NCBI GenBank assembly: GCA_964435285.1 | Contig: CAYSYA010000002.1 | Location: 38,900 to 102,899, forward strand | Length of the DNA: 64,000 nucleotides | Source of the DNA: an uncultured Flavobacteriales bacterium | GTDB taxonomy: Bacteria; Bacteroidota; Bacteroidia; Flavobacteriales; TMED113 | Direction of reading: 5' to 3' | Shown: positions 35,003 through 44,222 of the stretch, piece after piece | Numbering within the stretch: position 1 is the stretch's first letter | Layout of the letters: the number at the start of each line of letters is the position of its first letter | Made by a program: the position numbers and the translations under genes | Notes under the pieces: model-generated | What the model saw: only the letters and a program-made list of their open reading frames with translations | Told to the model about the DNA's origin: nothing | Databases searched by the model: none

Positions 35003-35038
35003 ATTTTTTATTTTTAAATTCTTTTCTATTGTTTGCAG

Positions 35039-35650
35039 ATGAAACTATTTTTTTTTCTATATGTTTTTTTTATTGGATTTTCTTTTTCTCAAACTTATGA
35101 TTCTTTTGATAATCATTTTTCTAAACACGAAAAAAAAATTGCTAATACCGCATCTGAATTCTCTCATCTAACTAAGACAGAAAAAGAAGTTTTTTTTTAT
35201 CTTAATTTAGCTAGGATTAATCCTAAATTATTCGCCAAAACTTTTTTAATCAATAATAAAGAAAAAATTGATTGTACAAAAGATTATAATTCATTGTACA
35301 AAACTTTAACAAAAATGGATGCTTTAGAGCCATTATATTTCAATCATGATTTTTATTTATTTGCAAAATGTCATGCAATTCAATCTGGAAAAAAAGATTA
35401 TGTTGGTCATGAAAGGAAAAGGGGAAGTGGTTGCAAGCCTATAATTTCTTCTAAATCATGGGGGGAATGTTGTTATTATGGTGAAGAGGACGCATTAGCA
35501 ATTGTATTAGATTTACTTGTTGATTGTAATTATCGTGGTTTAGGTCATAGAAAAATTATGCTATCAGATGAATTTAAATCTATGGGGGTATTTATAGCTC
35601 CCCACAAATCATATAATTTTAATGCTGTTTTAGATTTTACAAGTGAATAA
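35039..35650 (+). CDS. Secreted CAP/SCP/PR-1 domain protein
   Basis: The track ORF starts at TTG 35033, but the ATG at 35039 gives MKLFFFLYVFFIGFSFSQ (a signal peptide). CAP-like blocks are YLNLARINPKLFA, YVGHE and GLGHRKIML. Confidence 0.7.
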   Translation: MKLFFFLYVFFIGFSFSQTYDSFDNHFSKHEKKIANTASEFSHLTKTEKEVFFYLNLARINPKLFAKTFLINNKEKIDCTKDYNSLYKTLTKMDALEPLYFNHDFYLFAKCHAIQSGKKDYVGHERKRGSGCKPIISSKSWGECCYYGEEDALAIVLDLLVDCNYRGLGHRKIMLSDEFKSMGVFIAPHKSYNFNAVLDFTSE

Positions 35651-37022
35651 CTTCATCATATGCGTCAGCAACTGCTTCCATAATTGCTTCACTCATAGTT
35701 GGATGTGGGTGAATAGCTTTTAAAATTTCATTTCCTGTAGTTTCTAATTTTCTTGCAACAATTATTTCAGCAATCATTTCTGTTACATTATATCCTATCA
35801 TATGGCAACCCAATAACTCGCCATATTTTGCATCAAAAATAATTTTAACAAATCCATTTTTATGTCCAGAGGCAGATGCCTTTCCAGAAGCGGAAAATGG
35901 AAATTTACCAATTTTCAAATCATAGCCCTTTTCTTTTGCTTCAGCTTCAGTATAACCCACAGAGGAAATTTCAGGAGAGCAATAAGTACAATTAGGAATA
36001 TTATTATAATCAATTAGATCTGGATTGTGACCAGCAATTTTTTCAACACACAAAATTCCCTCAGCAGAAGCTACGTGAGCCAATGCTTGATTTGGTAAAA
36101 TATCACCAATTGCATAATATCCTTCAATATTTGTTCTGTAAAATTCATCAACAAGAACCTTGCCTTTATCAGTTTTTATACCAACATCTTCTAATCCAAT
36201 TCCTTCAATATTTGCTTGGATACCCACAGCTGACAAAACAATATCAGTTTCAATTATTTCTAAGCCCTTATCAGTTTTAATGTTTACTATACAAGCATCA
36301 TTTTTTATATCAACTTTTTCAACAGTTGAACTTGTCATTACATTGATTCCATGTTTTTTGAAAGATCTTTTTAATTCTCTAGATATGTCAATATCTTCAA
36401 GAGGAACTATGTTTTTCATAAACTCAACAATTGTAACATCAACTCCCATTGATCTGTAAAAATATGCAAATTCAACACCAATAGCACCTGAACCAACAAT
36501 GACCATTTTTTTTGGCATTTTATTTAGAGTCATAGCCTCTCTATACCCTATAATTTTTTTACCATCTTGTTTAAGATTTGGTAATTCTCTAGATCTTCCA
36601 CCAGTTGCAAGGATTATATGTTTTCCAGAAATTTCTTTTATTTCGCTTCCGTTAATTATATCAACTTTTTTATTTTTTTTAATTTTTCCATAGCCTTTAA
36701 TTACGGTGATTTTATTTTTTTTCATTAAAAAATCAACTCCTTTACTCATTCCATTTGCAACACTTCTGCTTCTTTCGATTACTGATTTAAAGTTAGCCTT
36801 AGCCTTAGTTATTTCAATCCCATAATCTTCAGCATGATTTACATAGTCAAAAACTTGAGCGCTTTTAAGTAAAGCTTTTGTTGGAATACATCCCCAGTTT
36901 AAACAAACTCCACCTAGGCTTTCTTTTTCTACTATTGCTGTATTAAAACCTAATTGTGATGCTCTAATTGCAGTAACATATCCTCCAGGTCCGCTACCTA
37001 GTATAATAATATCAAAATTCAT
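35637..37022 (-). CDS. lpdA: Dihydrolipoyl dehydrogenase (E3)
   Basis: GSGPGGYVTAIRA, redox disulfide GGVCLNWGCIPTK and the C-terminal HPHPTMSE. Confidence 0.93.
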   Translation of the reverse strand: MNFDIIILGSGPGGYVTAIRASQLGFNTAIVEKESLGGVCLNWGCIPTKALLKSAQVFDYVNHAEDYGIEITKAKANFKSVIERSRSVANGMSKGVDFLMKKNKITVIKGYGKIKKNKKVDIINGSEIKEISGKHIILATGGRSRELPNLKQDGKKIIGYREAMTLNKMPKKMVIVGSGAIGVEFAYFYRSMGVDVTIVEFMKNIVPLEDIDISRELKRSFKKHGINVMTSSTVEKVDIKNDACIVNIKTDKGLEIIETDIVLSAVGIQANIEGIGLEDVGIKTDKGKVLVDEFYRTNIEGYYAIGDILPNQALAHVASAEGILCVEKIAGHNPDLIDYNNIPNCTYCSPEISSVGYTEAEAKEKGYDLKIGKFPFSASGKASASGHKNGFVKIIFDAKYGELLGCHMIGYNVTEMIAEIIVARKLETTGNEILKAIHPHPTMSEAIMEAVADAYDEVIHL

Positions 37023-37047
37023 TTTTTTATTTTTTTTTCAAATATAA

Positions 37048-37428
37048 TTATTTACTAATTGCAATTGCTGATATTTCCAAATTAACATTTTTTGGCAATT
37101 TACTAACTTCAACGGTTTCTCTAGCAGGGTATGGTTTGGAAAAATATTTACTATATATTTTATTAACGTCATCAAATAAATTCAAGTCTGATAAAAAAAT
37201 ACTACATTTTACAACATTTTTGAAAGAACAATTACATTTTTCTAAAATATATTTTAAGTTTTCCATAACCATTTTTGTTTCATCTAAGATATTATTTGAG
37301 ATTATTTTATTTGTTTCTCTATTTATTGCAATTTGACCTGAAATAAATATTAAATTACCATGTTTTATACATTGACTATATGGACCAATTGGTTCTGGAG
37401 CTTTATTTGAGTATATTTCTTGTTTCAT
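37048..37428 (-). CDS. ridA: RidA/YjgF family reactive-intermediate deaminase
   Basis: 126 aa with APEPIGPYSQ, ISGQI, and PARETVEVSKLP...LEISAIA at the C-terminus. Confidence 0.88.
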   Translation of the reverse strand: MKQEIYSNKAPEPIGPYSQCIKHGNLIFISGQIAINRETNKIISNNILDETKMVMENLKYILEKCNCSFKNVVKCSIFLSDLNLFDDVNKIYSKYFSKPYPARETVEVSKLPKNVNLEISAIAISK

Positions 37429-37435
37429 TTTGTTT

Positions 37436-37999
37436 ATGAATTTATTAATAATTGATGTTTTTGATTCTTTTACTTATAATTTAATGCATATATGTGAAAA
37501 ATATGTAAAAAAAGTTGAAGTAATTAGAGTTGACAAAATTAATATTGATTCAATACAAATTTATGATAAATTAATTTTTTCACCTGGTCCTGGTTTGCCT
37601 TCAGATTACCCTGTATTATTTCAAATACTTCAAAATTATTATCAGTCAAAAGATATTCTTGGGATTTGTTTAGGTTGTCAAGCTATTGCTAACTACTTAG
37701 GAGTAAATTTATTAAATTTAAAAAATGTCATGCATGGTAAAAAAACACTAGTAAAACATTTTAATAATGACAAAAAACTTTACAAAAGTATACCCAATGA
37801 ATTTAATGTAGGTAGATATCATTCATGGGTGGTAAATAATAAAAAAACAAAAGAGTTAATTGTAACTTCAGTTGATAAGTTTAATAATATTATGTCATTC
37901 AAACATAAAAAATATAAATTAAGAGGAATTCAGTATCATCCCGAGTCAATATTGACAGATTATGGTAAAGAAATAATCAAAAATTGGATAAATAATTAG
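37436..37999 (+). CDS. Glutamine amidotransferase component II of anthranilate/aminodeoxychorismate synthase (TrpG/PabA)
   Basis: The track ORF starts at TTG 37430, but the ATG at 37436 gives MNLLIIDVFDSFTYNL. The class I GATase triad is present: GICLGCQ and IQYHPES. Confidence 0.85.
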   Translation: MNLLIIDVFDSFTYNLMHICEKYVKKVEVIRVDKINIDSIQIYDKLIFSPGPGLPSDYPVLFQILQNYYQSKDILGICLGCQAIANYLGVNLLNLKNVMHGKKTLVKHFNNDKKLYKSIPNEFNVGRYHSWVVNNKKTKELIVTSVDKFNNIMSFKHKKYKLRGIQYHPESILTDYGKEIIKNWINN

Positions 38000-40373
38000 A
38001 ATCAAATATATTTTTTTTCTTCTCAATTTTTAAGTCTTTCAAAATATCAGATTTTACTCTAATTACAAAATTGTAACTTTTTCTATTACCAAAAGGAATC
38101 CAGTTAAACAACATTTCCCAACAATGAAGATCTCTATATATATCAAAAGAAGTGAAAGTAAAATCTTTATTTTTTAAATCATAACCAGACCTAAATTTTA
38201 AATTCCATTTTTTAGATAAACCAATTTCACCATCAAAATTTAATGATTGAATTATTTCACTTTGAGTTGTGGGCTTTCTGTAACTTATATTGTAATACAA
38301 ATTTATATTCCATGGAATATGGTATTTGTGTTTTTTACTTTTTTCAAGATTAGTAAATTTCATATTTAAGTTGAAGTTACTACTTGTGATTCTTCCTATT
38401 TTTCCATCTTCAAAATATAACTTATTAATTCTGACCCCACTTTCACTAACTTTGTATGGATCTAATATTGTGTTCATTTGAAAATCAAAATTTTTTGAAA
38501 TTTTATTTCTTATGTTGACATAAATAGGACTTAAATTAAGTGAGTCAACAGCTAAGTTATAGTTTCCGTTAATTGAAAAGTCTTCAAAAATTTTAATTTT
38601 TTTATTTTCTTTATTCTTTAATTTCATTTCAAGATTATTTCTTAAAGAAAATGAAACATTTCCAAATTTCCCTGCTCGAGGAAACCCATAAATTGAACCA
38701 TTATAGTGAGAGTAAATTTCTTGATTGCCAATTGAGTCGTTTTGTACATTGGAATATATTTCCCAGAATTCATTTGAGAAATCTGGATGGTAACTAAAAG
38801 AAATTGAAGGAGTAATTACATGCCTAAAGGTTTTTTTTCTGAAATCAAGAATTCCATATAATTTAGTGCTTGCATTAATTGATAAATTAAAATCTCTTAA
38901 CTGATAAAAACCTGTTAAGGTATCAGAGTAAATTTCATTTAAATTATCATTCCAATTTTGTATATTTTTTTTAAAATACCATCTCTCTGTATAGTTTAAT
39001 GATGGAGATATATTCAAATAATTAAATAGATTAAATGAAGTAGAGATAGGAATAGAATGCTTTACGCCTGATTTAATATTTTTATTAATATTATTAAATA
39101 ATAGACTATCAGGTCTACTTAGTTGTGTCCTCGAATTAACACTATAGCTAAAACCTAAATTTGATAAAAATGATGATTTATTTGATTTATTAAATAATTT
39201 TTGTCTTCCTGTATTAAAGTTTATTTCTGGAATTGTTAAATCAACTTGTTTAGTTAGAGTATTTTGTGAGTGCCTCAATGTTAATGAGAGATTGAAAGGT
39301 TTTCCTTCCCATTTTTTTCTCCAATTAATGTTTGAGGATAAACTATTTTGTAGATAATCATTAGAGTATAAATTATTTTGAGAGTAACTACTTGATGCGA
39401 TATTAACTGAAGCTGAAAATCTAGAATTGGGTCTTAATTTTGGATCTTCTTGATGATTCCATTTAATACTAAAATCATTATTTTGACTAAAATCATTTCT
39501 ATATTTTTCCCCTAATTTTGTTTTAGAAAAGTTAATATTTATTCCACCATTATATTTATATCTTTTTTTATAATTAGAATTAACTCCAAATCTAAAACTT
39601 CCTCTAGTATATAAATCTGTAGTTAATTTTAAATCTACGTAGTCATTTATTCCAAAATAGTAACCTAATTCTTTTAGATTATAGCCTAGAGCAGTAGAAT
39701 TTCCGTAGCTTGGTAATAAAACTCCTGATGATCTTTTATTAGAGATTGGAAAAATAGCAAAGGGTAAAAATATTGGAGTCGGTATATTTTCAATAACAAG
39801 GTTAGCAGGACCTGAAATTATTTTTTCTCCTTCTATGAATTTTACTTTATTTGCTTTTATATAAAAATGTGGCTCTTTATGATTACATGTCGTATATAGT
39901 CCCTTTGACAAATATTGTGTTTTATCTTCAACTTTTTTAACAATATTACCATGTAAATAGCTTTCTCCCTCATTAGTTAGAAGGTTAGTTATTATGCCTT
40001 TTTTAGTTTTGAAATTATATTTAATTGTTTTGGATTTATATTCTTTGCCATTTTCAATAAATATTGGATTTTGAATTAAAATATTATTTGTGTCAATTTT
40101 TCCTTGAGCAAATAAAGTATTCTCTTTTAAATTAATTGTGATAAAGTAAGCTTCAAGATTTATTTTATTATATATGACTTTAGCTTTATTATATAATTTA
40201 ATAACATTATGTTCTAGATCATAAATTATTGAGTCATTGGCAAAATATTCAATTTTTTCATCTAATTCTTTTTTTGGTATTGAGTCGGATTCAAATTCAA
40301 TACTATTCTTGCTAAAAGTAATACCATTAAGTATTATACAAAGACATGTTAGTAATATTTTTTTGTTACTCAA
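37977..40373 (-). CDS. lptD: LptD-like outer-membrane LPS-assembly protein (OstA family)
   Basis: Signal peptide, an N-terminal OstA-like beta-jellyroll region, then ~600 aa with alternating aromatic/polar beta-strand character. It ends ...DSNYLSNF (C-terminal aromatic). It sits divergent to the amidase gene, as I recall for flavobacterial lptD. Confidence 0.6.
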   Translation of the reverse strand: MSNKKILLTCLCIILNGITFSKNSIEFESDSIPKKELDEKIEYFANDSIIYDLEHNVIKLYNKAKVIYNKINLEAYFITINLKENTLFAQGKIDTNNILIQNPIFIENGKEYKSKTIKYNFKTKKGIITNLLTNEGESYLHGNIVKKVEDKTQYLSKGLYTTCNHKEPHFYIKANKVKFIEGEKIISGPANLVIENIPTPIFLPFAIFPISNKRSSGVLLPSYGNSTALGYNLKELGYYFGINDYVDLKLTTDLYTRGSFRFGVNSNYKKRYKYNGGININFSKTKLGEKYRNDFSQNNDFSIKWNHQEDPKLRPNSRFSASVNIASSSYSQNNLYSNDYLQNSLSSNINWRKKWEGKPFNLSLTLRHSQNTLTKQVDLTIPEINFNTGRQKLFNKSNKSSFLSNLGFSYSVNSRTQLSRPDSLLFNNINKNIKSGVKHSIPISTSFNLFNYLNISPSLNYTERWYFKKNIQNWNDNLNEIYSDTLTGFYQLRDFNLSINASTKLYGILDFRKKTFRHVITPSISFSYHPDFSNEFWEIYSNVQNDSIGNQEIYSHYNGSIYGFPRAGKFGNVSFSLRNNLEMKLKNKENKKIKIFEDFSINGNYNLAVDSLNLSPIYVNIRNKISKNFDFQMNTILDPYKVSESGVRINKLYFEDGKIGRITSSNFNLNMKFTNLEKSKKHKYHIPWNINLYYNISYRKPTTQSEIIQSLNFDGEIGLSKKWNLKFRSGYDLKNKDFTFTSFDIYRDLHCWEMLFNWIPFGNRKSYNFVIRVKSDILKDLKIEKKKNIFDSNYLSNF

Positions 40374-40429
40374 AATTTGTTAATCTTATTAATTATCTTA
40401 AAGAGTTGTAAAAATAAAATAATATTCTC

Positions 40430-41581
40430 TTGAAACGATTGGTTTTTATAATTCTTGTGTTTTACTTAATTAATTTTCCCTCAAATATATATTCTCAAGA
40501 AAATGATTATTTTAATTTAAAAACAGTTGTTATAGACCCAGGGCATGGTGGAAAAGATCCTGGTAGTATAGGAACTGGAAGATATAAGGTTTATGAGAAA
40601 GATATTTCTCTTGATATTTCATTGAAATTAGGAAGATATATTAAAAGTCATTTTCCAGAAATTAATGTAATATATACAAGAGAAAATGATGAATTTGTTA
40701 AATTATATGAAAGATCTCAAATAGCTAACAAAAACAATGCTGATTTATTTATCTCAATTCATTGTGATGCATTTACTAATGAAAACGCTTCAGGTTCATC
40801 CACATATGTAATGGGTCCTCATAAATCTGATAGTAATCTTCAAATTGCAATGAGAGAAAATTCATCAATTTTAATGGAAGAAGATTTTGAGTTGGACTAC
40901 GCAGGATTTAACCCTAATGAACCAGAATCTTACATTGCTTTAAACATGTATCAATCTAAATATATTGGATATGCTTTAGATTTTGCATCTAAAGTACAGA
41001 ATGAATTTTCAAAATCATCAGATAGAAAAAATCGAGGAGTTAAACAAGCAGGTTTTTTGGTTTTAAGTAAAACAACAATGCCTAGTGTTCTTATTGAGGT
41101 TGGTTTTATAACAAATAAAATTGAAGAAGACTATTTAATTTCTCAAAATGGTAAAGATGAGGTAGCAAAATCAATTTTTGAGGCATTCTGTAGTTATAAA
41201 AAGCAAATTGATTTTCTAACAGAGAATAGTAAAAACAATTTGATTTTAAATGATTCAGTTAAATCCAGTTCCCTCAACATTAATGATAATACAGATAGCT
41301 TTGATAACATAGATACCTTTTTAACCGTTCAATTTTTTGCATCAAGAGATTCAATTCAATTCAACAGCAATGAATTGAATGATGATTTAATTTTTTGTAT
41401 AAGAGAAAATTCTCTTTATAAATATTTTTATGGTAAATCAAACTCATATAATAAAATTAAAAATCTTCAAAACAAATTGAAAAAATATGGTTTTTTTGAT
41501 AGTTTCATAGTGGGATTTTTTAACAAAAATAAAGCAGAATTGAGCAAAGTTTTGTCTATTTTAGATAAAGAAAATGACTGA
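40430..41581 (+). CDS. N-acetylmuramoyl-L-alanine amidase (Amidase_3) with C-terminal SPOR-like domain
   Basis: TTG start with no nearby in-frame ATG. A signal peptide is followed by VIDPGHGGKDPG and SIHCDA. The C-terminal ~80 aa (LTVQFFASRD...YKYFYGKSNSYNKIKNLQNKLKKYGFFDSFIVGFF) fits the SPOR pattern. Confidence 0.8.
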   Translation: MKRLVFIILVFYLINFPSNIYSQENDYFNLKTVVIDPGHGGKDPGSIGTGRYKVYEKDISLDISLKLGRYIKSHFPEINVIYTRENDEFVKLYERSQIANKNNADLFISIHCDAFTNENASGSSTYVMGPHKSDSNLQIAMRENSSILMEEDFELDYAGFNPNEPESYIALNMYQSKYIGYALDFASKVQNEFSKSSDRKNRGVKQAGFLVLSKTTMPSVLIEVGFITNKIEEDYLISQNGKDEVAKSIFEAFCSYKKQIDFLTENSKNNLILNDSVKSSSLNINDNTDSFDNIDTFLTVQFFASRDSIQFNSNELNDDLIFCIRENSLYKYFYGKSNSYNKIKNLQNKLKKYGFFDSFIVGFFNKNKAELSKVLSILDKEND

Positions 41582-41583
41582 GC

Positions 41584-42456
41584 ATGTTAAACAAAGAATT
41601 TTTTTTAGGAATCATATGTCTTGTAGCAGGAATTGCATTGTTTTTTGGAATTAAATTTCTATCTGGAGACAATAATCCACTGTTTAACAATAATAAATTT
41701 TATGTTAAATATGATAATATTGATGGTTTAGAAAAATCCAATGATATAACAATCAATGGTGGAGTAATTGGTCAGGTAACTGATTTGATTTTAATTCCAT
41801 CTAATAATTCGTGGTTAGTTGAGTTAACTATTGATGAGCCAAAAGTATTAGGTCAATTAACTAAACAATCCTTATTTGAAATTCAAGACGATGGTTTTTT
41901 AGGAACTAAAATAATTCTTTTGAAGTTAGCACCTGGCGATAAAGTTTTTCCAGGAGACACTTTAAATGGCTCATCAAATGGTTTAATGTCACAATTCTCT
42001 CGTCAGTTTGATGGATTTGATATTCAGCAAGTAGTTTCTCCAATTTTAGAACTTTTAGAGAAAATTACCACTTTAACTAATGATATTGATAGAATTATAG
42101 TTAGTAATGAAAAAAATGTTAACGGAATAATTTCAAATTCTGAAAATATTGTAAAAAGTTTATCAAAAAATGCTAAAAACTTTAATAATTTAATCAATAA
42201 TTTGTCGGATTTTAGTAACGAATTATCATCTTTTTCATTACCTGAAATTTCTGTTAACTTGAATAATGATTTAAAAAAACTTAATTCTATTTTAAATAAA
42301 ATTGATCAGGGAAATGGTTCTGTAGCTAAAGCAATCAATAGTGATGACTTAATAGAAGAATTTGAAGCAACTTTAAAAAGTATTAAATCTTTGGTTGAAG
42401 ATTTTGAAAAAAACCCAAAAAAATACTTTAAAGAAATTAAACTCTTGAGAAAATAG
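41584..42456 (+). CDS. MlaD/MCE-domain protein
   Basis: N-terminal TM, then the MCE core (YVKYDNIDGLEKSNDITINGGVIGQVTDL) and a long C-terminal helical region. No MlaE/MlaF genes are adjacent. Confidence 0.75.
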   Translation: MLNKEFFLGIICLVAGIALFFGIKFLSGDNNPLFNNNKFYVKYDNIDGLEKSNDITINGGVIGQVTDLILIPSNNSWLVELTIDEPKVLGQLTKQSLFEIQDDGFLGTKIILLKLAPGDKVFPGDTLNGSSNGLMSQFSRQFDGFDIQQVVSPILELLEKITTLTNDIDRIIVSNEKNVNGIISNSENIVKSLSKNAKNFNNLINNLSDFSNELSSFSLPEISVNLNNDLKKLNSILNKIDQGNGSVAKAINSDDLIEEFEATLKSIKSLVEDFEKNPKKYFKEIKLLRK

Positions 42457-42466
42457 TTTAAACATT

Positions 42467-43798
42467 ATGGAGTACTTAATTAAATATAAATTTCAAATTT
42501 TATTTTTTTTAATTTTATCAGGAAACCTGTTTCTTTTTTATAGAAATTTTAAAAAAATTTTCAGAAATATTAATCTTGGTAAAAAAAATGTTTCTTCAGA
42601 TAATAAAAAAGAAAGATGGAAAAGAGTTTTGTTTATTGCTTTTGGTCAGTCAAAAATGTTTGATAAACCCTTAGTAGCTATTTTACATTTAATTGTTTAC
42701 TTAGGCTTCATCATTATTAATATTGAATTAATTGAAATAATTATTGATGGTTTATTTGGTACTCACAGAGTTTTATCCTTTTTAGGTTCCTTCTATAATT
42801 TTTTGATAGCTAGTTTTGAAATACTTGCTTTTCTTGTTCTAATATGCGTTGTAATTTTTTTAATAAGAAGAAATATAATAAAAGTTAAAAGATTTTTAAG
42901 TTCTGAAATGAAGGGTTGGCCAACACTAGATGGTAATTTAATTTTAATTTTTGAAATTTTATTAATGCTTGCTTTTCTTACAATGAATGCAGCAGATTCA
43001 ATTTTACAAGTAAATTATCCAGAAAAATATATAAATGTTGGTTTATTTCCAATCAGTAATTTTTTAATAGTCCCCTTTATAGAAAATTTAAGTACTCAAA
43101 CATTAATTTTTCTAGAGCGCTTTTGTTGGTGGTTTCACATTATCGGAATTTTAGGTTTTTTAAACTATTTAGCTATTTCTAAACATCTTCATATTCTTTT
43201 AGCATTTCCAAGTACCTATTATTCTAAATTAACTCCCAAAGGTCAATTTAATAATATGAGTTCTGTTACTAAAGAAGTTGAAATTATGTTGAATCCTAAT
43301 ACTGACCAGTTTTCTCAATCTTCACCAGAACAAGTAGAAACTTTTGGAGCTAAAGACGTTAAAGATTTAAATTGGCTTCAGCTTTTAAATTCTTATTCGT
43401 GTACTGAATGTGGTCGATGTAGCGCTGAATGCCCTGCGAATGTCACTGGTAAAAAATTATCTCCTAGAAAAATCATGATGGATGTTAGAGACAGGCTTGA
43501 AGAGGTAGGAAAAGGAATTGATAAAAATGGTTCTGATTTTAATGATGGTAAAACATTATTAAACGATTATATAACTCATGAAGAATTATGGGCATGTACC
43601 TCTTGTAATGCCTGCGTTGAAGTATGTCCAATAAATATTGATCCACTTTCTATAATTATGGATCTTAGAAGATATGCTGTTATGGAAGAATCTTCTGCTC
43701 CCACAGATTTAAATACTGTGTTTTCAAATATTGAGAATAATGGTGCACCTTGGCCTTTTCCCTCTTCAGATAGATTAAAATGGACAAAAAATGAATAA
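42467..43798 (+). CDS. Integral-membrane Fe-S protein: ~6 TM His-containing domain + 2x[4Fe-4S] ferredoxin domain (HdrE/DsrM-plus-ferredoxin-like)
   Basis: The hydrophobic N-terminal ~260 aa has His in TM contexts (AILHLIVY, WWFHIIGIL, SKHLHILLAF). The C-terminal motifs are CTECGRCSAECP and CTSCNACVEVCP. Confidence 0.75.
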   Translation: MEYLIKYKFQILFFLILSGNLFLFYRNFKKIFRNINLGKKNVSSDNKKERWKRVLFIAFGQSKMFDKPLVAILHLIVYLGFIIINIELIEIIIDGLFGTHRVLSFLGSFYNFLIASFEILAFLVLICVVIFLIRRNIIKVKRFLSSEMKGWPTLDGNLILIFEILLMLAFLTMNAADSILQVNYPEKYINVGLFPISNFLIVPFIENLSTQTLIFLERFCWWFHIIGILGFLNYLAISKHLHILLAFPSTYYSKLTPKGQFNNMSSVTKEVEIMLNPNTDQFSQSSPEQVETFGAKDVKDLNWLQLLNSYSCTECGRCSAECPANVTGKKLSPRKIMMDVRDRLEEVGKGIDKNGSDFNDGKTLLNDYITHEELWACTSCNACVEVCPINIDPLSIIMDLRRYAVMEESSAPTDLNTVFSNIENNGAPWPFPSSDRLKWTKNE

Positions 43799-44222
43799 AA
43801 TTAAACTGATTGATAAAGCAATTGATGGTAATAATATTAGTCCTGTTTTACCTGAAAAAATTAAAAATTATTTAATTGATATTGACGGTACAATTTGTGA
43901 CGATATTCCAAATGAAGAACCTGAACGAATGGAAGACGCAAAAGTATATCCTGAGGCCTTAATAACACTCAATAAGTGGTTTAATGAAGGTCACATTATT
44001 ACTTTTTTTACTTCAAGACTAGAAATTCATAGGCAGGTTACGGAAAATTGGCTAAATAAACATGGTTTTAAATATCATGGTTTACTAATGAATAAACCAA
44101 GAGGGGGTAACTATCATTGGATTGATAATCATATGGTTAGAGCTACTCGATATCAAGGGAAATTTACCGATCTAGTTGAAAAAAATATAAAAATTCAAGT
44201 ATTCAAAGAAGATGGAAATTAA
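43791..44222 (+). CDS. Small HAD-superfamily-like phosphatase (DxDGT)
   Basis: 143 aa. HAD motif I is YLIDIDGTICDD. A candidate motif II Thr/Ser lies in IITFFTSR, and a later Lys and acidic residues occur in NKPRGG...HWIDNH. It overlaps the upstream gene by 8 nt and the downstream gene by 11 nt. Confidence 0.55.
   Translation: MNKIKLIDKAIDGNNISPVLPEKIKNYLIDIDGTICDDIPNEEPERMEDAKVYPEALITLNKWFNEGHIITFFTSRLEIHRQVTENWLNKHGFKYHGLLMNKPRGGNYHWIDNHMVRATRYQGKFTDLVEKNIKIQVFKEDGN

Noticed and set aside
34697-35038. Possibility that the long AT-rich gap is a replication origin
   Set aside because: I found no DnaA-box-like TTATCCACA/TGTGGATAA sequences, and neither dnaA nor dnaN is adjacent.
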